Assembly: GCA_032718475.1 (NCBI GenBank)
Contig: JAUCBJ010009098.1
Location: 1-57,005, forward strand
DNA from: Nemertoderma westbladi
Lineage: Eukaryota > Animalia > Xenacoelomorpha
Reading direction: 5' to 3'
DNA length: 57,005 nucleotides
Within the stretch, counting starts at the first letter, position 1. Every line of letters begins with the position of its first letter. Shown piece after piece: positions 49,416-57,005 of this stretch. The notes under the pieces were generated by a model, which searched no databases, had not been told where the DNA came from, and saw nothing but the letters and a program-made list of their open reading frames with translations. A program made the position numbers and the translations under genes.

Positions 49416-49948
49416 GAACATGAAGGCGAAACGTGAGCGAGAGGAATGTGACGAACAGAACAGGAACAACATGAGAAACGAGAGCAAGATAGAATAGACA
49501 TGGAGCATGAGAGAGAGAGCAGAGAACAATTAGAGCGAGGGAGGAAGCGAGAGAACAAGTAATAATAGAAAATAATAAAAGGAAAGCGGCAGAGAAAGAG
49601 TATGCTATACAACATGAGATAGCGGGAGAGCAGAGAGAATTATTAGAAATAGAGGAACAACAATCAGATATAGCGCATAGGAATAGAGGCGAACCAACCA
49701 GTAGATAAATTATTACTATGGAAACCCTATTAAAGGGGGTATTAGTACGGTTGATCGACACTAGCCAAACAATCCTGAAATCAGATAGAAACTGATAAAA
49801 ATTGGTACCGGTACCGGCATGCCAGTATTGTGCGCCATCTTGAGGACAATGCGGATAATGTCTTATACTATTAGTATTGTATGTTACTAGAACACTACTA
49901 TTACTCAGTTACTGTATTGGGCCTACTGTCACCGTCATGGATGAATTA

Positions 49949-50146
<198 letters not shown>

Positions 50147-51171
50147 TTAATTTTCATAAAATAATCATTCATTCGTTTCTTTACGGTGGCTGATTTAAAA
50201 GAGCGCAAGTCACAAAATGCCATTTCGGGTAAAACGCAATTAGTGTTGGCCTTCAGATTGTTGGTTTAAAATGTCCGTAAATTACAAATTTTTTATAACC
50301 CTACGCAATTGGGAAATTTTTCTATGTGATTATTTTCACTTTTCATTAATATTTTGACTTCAGGGTAATTTTTGGTACTTACTGTAAGCGGATTCAATTC
50401 CCTGTACTACCAGCGGAAAATGGGGAAAGTGGCTTTTTACCGATTATAGTTTGGAAGGTGACATTACTAATATAATGTCACCTAATAACCAACTTAAGCG
50501 ATACACATTGCCAAGCAGAGTTGAGAGGTCATAAGCCATCTCAAGGGGACAAAGGGGCTAGCGACAAGGGATAGTGGCAACAAGGAGTGCTGAAGGGGAG
50601 ATTAAATAGGTCAGCCAATGATGGGACGGGAAACCATGTGATTGAAGCGCATCCATTGGCCAGGCCACTTAGAGCAGTAAGAGTAACCAATATGTGTTGA
50701 TAATATAACTGTTGAATTAATTGCTTATGATTCAGTTGGTATGTGTAGAGGTGTGGGACCGGAACGGTTTTTAACCGTCGCCATTACCGTGCTATTATAT
50801 TCTGATTGTGCTATTATTATATTCTGACATTACGAACAACTGCCACTAAAACTCAGTTATTCAAACGGCCTTTGGCCTTAGAGTTCAGGTACTATCAGGC
50901 CTTTCAGCAACCCACTGACGCGGCGACTCGTATAATCCAAACAACACACCGGTCGGGATCCATACTGCCAACTCCAGGATCCCATCACACTTACGGTGTT
51001 TTTGCATTATACAACCTGTATGTAAATACATATTTCAAGACACATATTTAAAAAAAAACCGTATGTACGTTTTCATATTATCTATGCGATGAAAAAATAC
51101 CGCAAGTCTTGTTGATAATAACAATGTGTTGGCAAGATGTCATTTTCGAGGTATTTGTTATTATACATTTA

Positions 51172-51460
51172 TAGGAAGGGATCTAGGGGTCTTAACCTCG
51201 ATTGATAAGTTTATTTTACCGAAAATAACTTATCTTTTATTGGCGCAATTGTAGGACTAATCCCATCACATGCGTAGTTTTTACCCGGGTAGTGTACAAA
51301 TTTAGCAAATTTAAAATTAATAAATGCGATTCCTAAATTTGTACACTACCCGGTTAAAAAGTCAATTGCGCCAATAAAAAATATGCGCCAATAAAAGATA
51401 AAGTTTTTTTCTGTAAAATAAACTTATCATTCGAGGTTAAGACCCCTAGATCCCTTCCTA
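51172..51460. mobile_element. MITE / fold-back element
   Basis: About 80-bp imperfect terminal inverted repeats (taggaagggatctaggggtcttaacctcga... and ...tcgaggttaagacccctagatcccttccta) flanked by TA, plus an inner inverted repeat gggtagtgtacaaatttag/ctaaatttgtacactaccc. Confidence 0.88.
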
Positions 51461-51518
51461 TAGCAAGTCTTGTTGACTTACGTTTTTTTTTTTGCATAAA
51501 TTTAAGTAGTTGCGGTCT

Positions 51519-52182
51519 TTTTCAACCAATCAGAAACCTCCTTAATTTAGTTTATTTATTTTTTCAACCAATCAGAAACCTCCTTAATTTAGTTTATTTA
51601 TTTTTTCAACCAATCAGAAACCTCCTTAATTTAGTTTATTTATTTTTTCAACCAATCAGAAACCTCCTTAATTTAGTTTATTTATTTTTTCAACCAATCA
51701 GAAACCTCCTTAATTTAGTTTATTTATTTTTTCAACCAATCAGAAACCTCCGTAATTTAGTTTATTTATTTTTTCAACCAATCAGAAACCTCCTTAATTT
51801 AGTTTTTATATTTTTTCAACCAATCAGAAACCTCCTTAATTTAGTTTATTTATTTTTTCAACCAATCAGAAACCTCCTTAATTTAGTTTATTTATTTTTT
51901 CAACCAATCAGAAACCTCCTTAATTTAGTTTATTTATTTTTTCAACCAATCAGAAACCTCCTTAATTTAGTTTATTTATTTTTTCAACCAATCAGAAACC
52001 TCCTTAATTTAGTTTATTTATTTTTTCAACCAATCAGAAACCTCCTTAATTTAGTTTATTTATTTTTTCAACCAATCAGAAACCTCCGTAATTTAGTTTA
52101 TTTATTTTTTCAACCAATCAGAAACCTCCTTAATTTAGTTTATCTATTTTTTCAACCAATCAGAAACCTCCTTAATTTAGTT
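51519..52182. repeat. 42-bp minisatellite, about 15 copies
   Basis: Unit caaccaatcagaaacctccttaatttagtttatttatttttt. Confidence 0.93.
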
Positions 52183-52421
52183 CATTTTGTTTTTGTTTTC
52201 TTAATCTCCTGAACAACGTAATTTAGTTTATTTTTTCTTAATCACATCACAAAAATTAAATTATGTGGCCTAAATCAGCCACCGTATTTCTTGAAATATT
52301 AACTTAATTTAATATTTGTTTGTCTATTTTACTAAATCCAAGATATTATTTTACTCCAATGTACTTTATTTTACACCTACAAATTCATTGAGTAGATGAA
52401 AAGGTCAGTGCATGAAAAGGT

Positions 52422-54887
52422 CCACATTATAATTACGGATGTAACCTTTACTAATAGGACTGCCACTTTATAAGTACGGATGTAACCTTTACTAATAGGA
52501 CTGCCACTTTATAAGTACGGATGTAACCTTTACTAATAGGACTGCCACTTTATAAGTACGATGTAACCTTTACTAATAGGACTGCCACATTATAAGTACG
52601 GATGTAACCTTTACTAATAGGACTGCCACTTTATAAGTACGGATGTAACCTTTACTAATAGGACTGCCACATTATAAGTACGGATGTAACCTTTACTAAT
52701 AGGACTGCCACTTTATAAGTACGGATGTAACCTTTACTAATAGGACTGCCACTTTATAAGTACGGATGTAACCTTTACTAATAGGACTGCCACTTTATAA
52801 GTACGGATGTAACCTTTACTAATAGGACTGCCACTTTATAAGTACGGATGTAACCTTTACTAATAGGACTGCCACATTATAAGTACGGATGTAACCTTTA
52901 CTAATAGGACTGCCACATTATAAGTACGGATGTAACCTTTACTAATAGGACTGCCACTTTATAAGTACGGATGTAACCTTTACTAATAGGACTGCCACTT
53001 TATAAGTACGGATGTAACCTTTACTAATAGGACTGCCACATTATAAGTACGGATGTAACCTTTACTAATAGGACTGCCACTTTATAAGTACGGATGTAAC
53101 CTTTACTAATAGGACTGCCACATTATAAGTACGGATGTAACCTTTACTAATAGGACTGCCACATTATAAGTACGGATGTAACCTTTACTAATAGGACTGC
53201 CACATTATAATTACGGATGTAACCTTTACTAATAGGACTGCCACATTATAAGTACGGATGTAACCTTTACTAATAGGACTGCCACATTATAAGTACGGAT
53301 GTAACCTTTACTAATAGGACTGCCACATTATAAGTACGGATGTAACCTTTACTAATAGGACTGCCACTTTATAAGTACGATGTAACCTTTACTAATAGGA
53401 CTGCCACATTATAAGTACGGATGTAACCTTTACTAATAGGACTGCCACATTATAAGTACGGATGTAACCTTTACTAATAGGACTGCCACTTTATAAGTAC
53501 GGATGTAACCTTTACTAATAGGACTGCCACTTTATAAGTACGGATGTAACCTTTACTAATAGGACTGCCACATTATAAGTACGGATGTAACCTTTACTAA
53601 TAGGACTGCCACTTTATAAGTACGGATGTAACCTTTACTAATAGGACTGCCACATTATAAGTACGGATGTAACCTTTACTAATAGGACTGCCACTTTATA
53701 AGTACGGATGTAACCTTTACTAATAGGACTGCCACTTTATAAGTACGGATGTAACCTTTACTAATAGGACTGCCACATTATAAGTACGGATGTAACCTTT
53801 ACTAATAGGACTGCCACTTTATAAGTACGGATGTAACCTTTACTAATAGGACTGCCACTTTATAAGTACGGATGTAACCTTTACTAATAGGACTGCCACA
53901 TTATAAGTACGGATGTAACCTTTACTAATAGGACTGCCACATTATAAGTACGGATGTAACCTTTACTAATAGGACTGCCACATTATAAGTACGGATGTAA
54001 CCTTTACTAATAGGACTGCCACTTTATAAGTACGGATGTAACCTTTACTAATAGGACTGCCACATTATAAGTACGGATGTAACCTTTACTAATAGGACTG
54101 CCACTTTATAAGTACGGATGTAACCTTTACTAATAGGACTGCCACATTATAAGTACGGATGTAACCTTTACTAATAGGACTGCCACATTATAAGTACGGA
54201 TGTAACCTTTACTAATAGGACTGCCACTTTATAAGTACGGATGTAACCTTTACTAATAGGACTGCCACATTATAAGTACGGATGTAACCTTTACTAATAG
54301 GACTGCCACTTTATAAGTACGGATGTAACCTTTACTAATAGGACTGCCACTTTATAAGTACGGATGTAACCTTTACTAATAGGACTGCCACTTTATAAGT
54401 ACGGATGTAACCTTTACTAATAGGACTGCCACTTTATAAGTACGGATGTAACCTTTACTAATAGGACTGCCACTTTATAAGTACGGATGTAACCTTTACT
54501 AATAGGACTGCCACTTTATAAGTACGGATGTAACCTTTACTAATAGGACTGCCACTTTATAAGTACGGATGTAACCTTTACTAATAGGACTGCCACTTTA
54601 TAAGTACGGATGTAACCTTTACTAATAGGACTGCCACTTTATAAGTACGGATGTAACCTTTACTAATAGGACTGCCACTTTATAAGTACGGATGTAACCT
54701 TTACTAATAGGACTGCCACATTATAAGTACGGATGTAACCTTTACTAATAGGACTGCCACTTTATAAGTACGGATGTAACCTTTACTAATAGGACTGCCA
54801 CTTTATAAGTACGGATGTAACCTTTACTAATAGGACTGCCACTTTATAAGTACGGATGTAACCTTTACTAATAGGACTGTCACTTTA
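52422..54887. repeat. 41-bp minisatellite, about 60 copies, starting at a splice donor
   Basis: Unit gtacggatgtaacctttactaataggactgccac(t/a)ttataa. Confidence 0.95.
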
Positions 54888-54888
54888 C

Positions 54889-56308
54889 CTATAGAGGGTT
54901 GACAGGCATTGAGTCCGTACTTCTCAATAAGGACTCCGATCTCCTCCAGACACTCGGCCCTGGAACGCGAGTTTTTGCTGCGAACTCCTTCTATAATGTG
55001 TCCGAATAGTTTCCCGTACGGGAATACGCGATGCATCGTTCGGAGCAGACAGCGGACCCGTTTCCGGATCTCGTCCTTAGGATCCCCGATCCGGAGCAGG
55101 AGATACGGCACAAAGCTGTTAACCTCCACGTCCGGCATCCGGTAATTCTCTTCCGATAACATCGCGAATAAATTCTGCAGGAAGTCCAGCGACTTGAGAT
55201 GGATTGAGGTGTTCGTATCGAAGAGTCTGAGTATGAACCACTTGAGTAAGACATCGAGTTGAGCGATACAAGCCGCGCGGTTTGTATCCAAACACTCCTG
55301 AAACATACCGATAGCCAACAGATGGAACTTAAAGTCCGAATGGAAGAGGTTGTGGAACATGGGACGACTAACAACCGCCGCCAACTGATCCTTCAGTATG
55401 TCGATATGTTCGTCCGTCGGCTGTACGAAGTTCCACTTTAGGACCTTGAGATTGGCCTCGTCTTTCACCCGTTTCTCCTTCGCGTTGTTCGTCAGCAACG
55501 TGGGTCCCGATTCCTCTTCCTTCTCGGGTTTCTTCCCGCCCGTCTGCGGCTTCCCTCTCGGTTTCTTCCCGTCGGACTTTCCGGGTTTTGCCGACTCCTC
55601 CGGGGCCTCCACTCGGACTTCCTTCCGGACTTCCTTGGGCTTCCCCGCGGGCCGCAGCTCCGGCGCATTGCCCCGCTGTTTCTCGAGGATCCCGACGACG
55701 ACATCGCGACTCGCGGGTTTCCCGATCTTCCCGGCGAGACGGATCATCTTATCGTAGCCGAGATGCGCGATGAACAGCGGCGCGACGGCGAGCGCGTTGC
55801 GGCGGACGTCCGCGTTCCGATCCTCTAACGCCGAGTACAACGGAGCCACGCAGTTGGTTAGCTCCTCCTTCGGTAGCGACTTGTATTTGCCCATCTTCTG
55901 CTCCAACCAGTTGAGCAGCTCGGCGCGAATGTTCGGGTTGTCTGCGGACAGCGACGAGGAGATCGTGTCGTCCTCCATAAAGGCGGACAGTTTAACGGTC
56001 TCCTCCCAGACGGACATGCAGTTGGTACCGGCTTGTCGGACCGTCACCTTGTTCTCTTTGAGTAAGTTTATAAGACCCTGAAGGAAGTTACCCAGGTAGG
56101 GTTTAGCCTTGGGGCCGATTGCACGAGCTAGGGAGGAACAGATGTTAGTGGCCTGTATGGCGAGCAGTTTGTTGGAGTCTGAGATGCGAGCCTTTAGCGC
56201 GATGGGGAGGTCGCCCAACTCTGGTTGGATTAGCTTATTCTCCTTTAATATTGTCTCAATCTTCTCCATGGCTTCTCCGCGAACTTTCCATTTACTGTCA
56301 CTCATTTC
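54889..56308 (-). CDS. CKAP5: CKAP5 exon, TOG4 and most of TOG5
   Basis: Acceptor ttcctag|GAA ATG and donor ATA G|gtaaag; 1420 nt, phase 0 to 1. HEAT-repeat motifs KWKVRGEA, LEDRNADVR, LKVLKWNF, RLFDTNT, GDPKDEIR, SKNSRSRAECLEEIG. Confidence 0.95.
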
Positions 56309-56681
56309 CTAGGAAAGATAATTGATTGTTACGAATATGTAGTTGTAGCTAGCTAGCTAACCGAATTAAATCTATACCGCCTCCAATAAATAATTGGATA
56401 CTTAAATTCGTTTAAAGTTTAAACAGGATGGGACTTTTCGGGATCAGTATTGCCATATTGGATTAAACTCTTAAGATAAAGTTACATTAAAATTATTTAG
56501 CAATTGATTTTTGGGTGGTTTACTGACATAAAAATTCGATATAATCAAAACATTTCGGTTCTGCTGAAACAATTTATCAGATATTCAACAAATTTACTTC
56601 CTATAATATGTTTCGGGATCGGACTAGTATAAATAGAATCGCTGTATTGAATTTTGAACTAATTAATAGACATTGACTAAC

Positions 56682-56984
56682 ATCTATAACATCCCCAGTT
56701 AGTTTTCCACTGATATCGACTCTCTCCATAATGTCTTCCACCTCGATTTGCACTTCCTCCACATCACTGTCCGCCTCCTGGCGGCTATTCACCGAACCCG
56801 ATCCTGTATCTTTAGTTCCCCGCATTCTCCTAGAGGGCGTCGGCGCCCGAACATCTTTCAGTTTCTCGATTTCCCCGTCTAATAGACTTAATATCGCGGG
56901 TTTTTCCGATTCAAACAACGACCGCAAGGTGGCGCCCAAGTATAGGTAGACGGTGCCGAATAGAGAAATAGAACTCTCGCGAAC
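56682..56984 (-). CDS. CKAP5: CKAP5/XMAP215 internal exon (first in window; end of TOG3 plus linker)
   Basis: Acceptor ttttag|GTT and donor GAT|gttagt; 303 nt. Translates VRESSISLFGTVYLYLGATLRSLFESEKPAILSLLDGEIEKL...VERVDIS-like MERVDISGKL, recognisably ch-TOG. The gene continues beyond the window end. Confidence 0.9.
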
Positions 56985-57005
56985 CTAAAAGATATAAACA
57001 ACAGG

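Larger units (their letters stand above)
50184..52284. mobile_element. Non-autonomous DNA transposon, TA-flanked (Tc1/mariner-like ends)
   Basis: ta|CGGTGGCTGATTTA ... TAAATCAGCCACCG|ta: perfect 14-bp terminal inverted repeats, no transposase ORF. Confidence 0.7.

Noticed and set aside
49349-49761. Two minus-strand ORFs
   Set aside because: They are translations of a purine-rich low-complexity tract and the 23-bp repeat inside an intron.
54909-56949. Plus-strand and alternative-frame ORFs overlapping CKAP5 exons
   Set aside because: They are shadow ORFs of GC-rich coding sequence.

Overview
Eukaryotic, probably metazoan, genomic DNA. The main feature is the 3' part of a minus-strand CKAP5/ch-TOG/XMAP215 gene. 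I reconstructed it by hand as 10 exons between 9671 and 56984 (about 1208 aa), with GT-AG boundaries and consistent phases; one donor falls in a 100-N gap. Roughly three quarters of the window is tandem repeat, in about 12 unrelated arrays with units of 22-50 bp. Several arrays are amplified copies of the gene's own processing signals. A 17.8-kb array repeats the last 33 exon nt plus GTAAG about 470 times. An array of at least 8 kb repeats AGAGAG|GTGAGT. A 22-bp array repeats a branch point plus pyrimidine tract and AG. A 26-bp array repeats the stop-codon region. A 41-bp array starts at a donor. The window also holds three RTE-like LINE relics (one with an in-frame duplication of the RT catalytic core), a TA-flanked non-autonomous DNA transposon with a nested MITE and satellite, and a tRNA-derived SINE-like head. 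Copy numbers are estimates from span divided by unit length.
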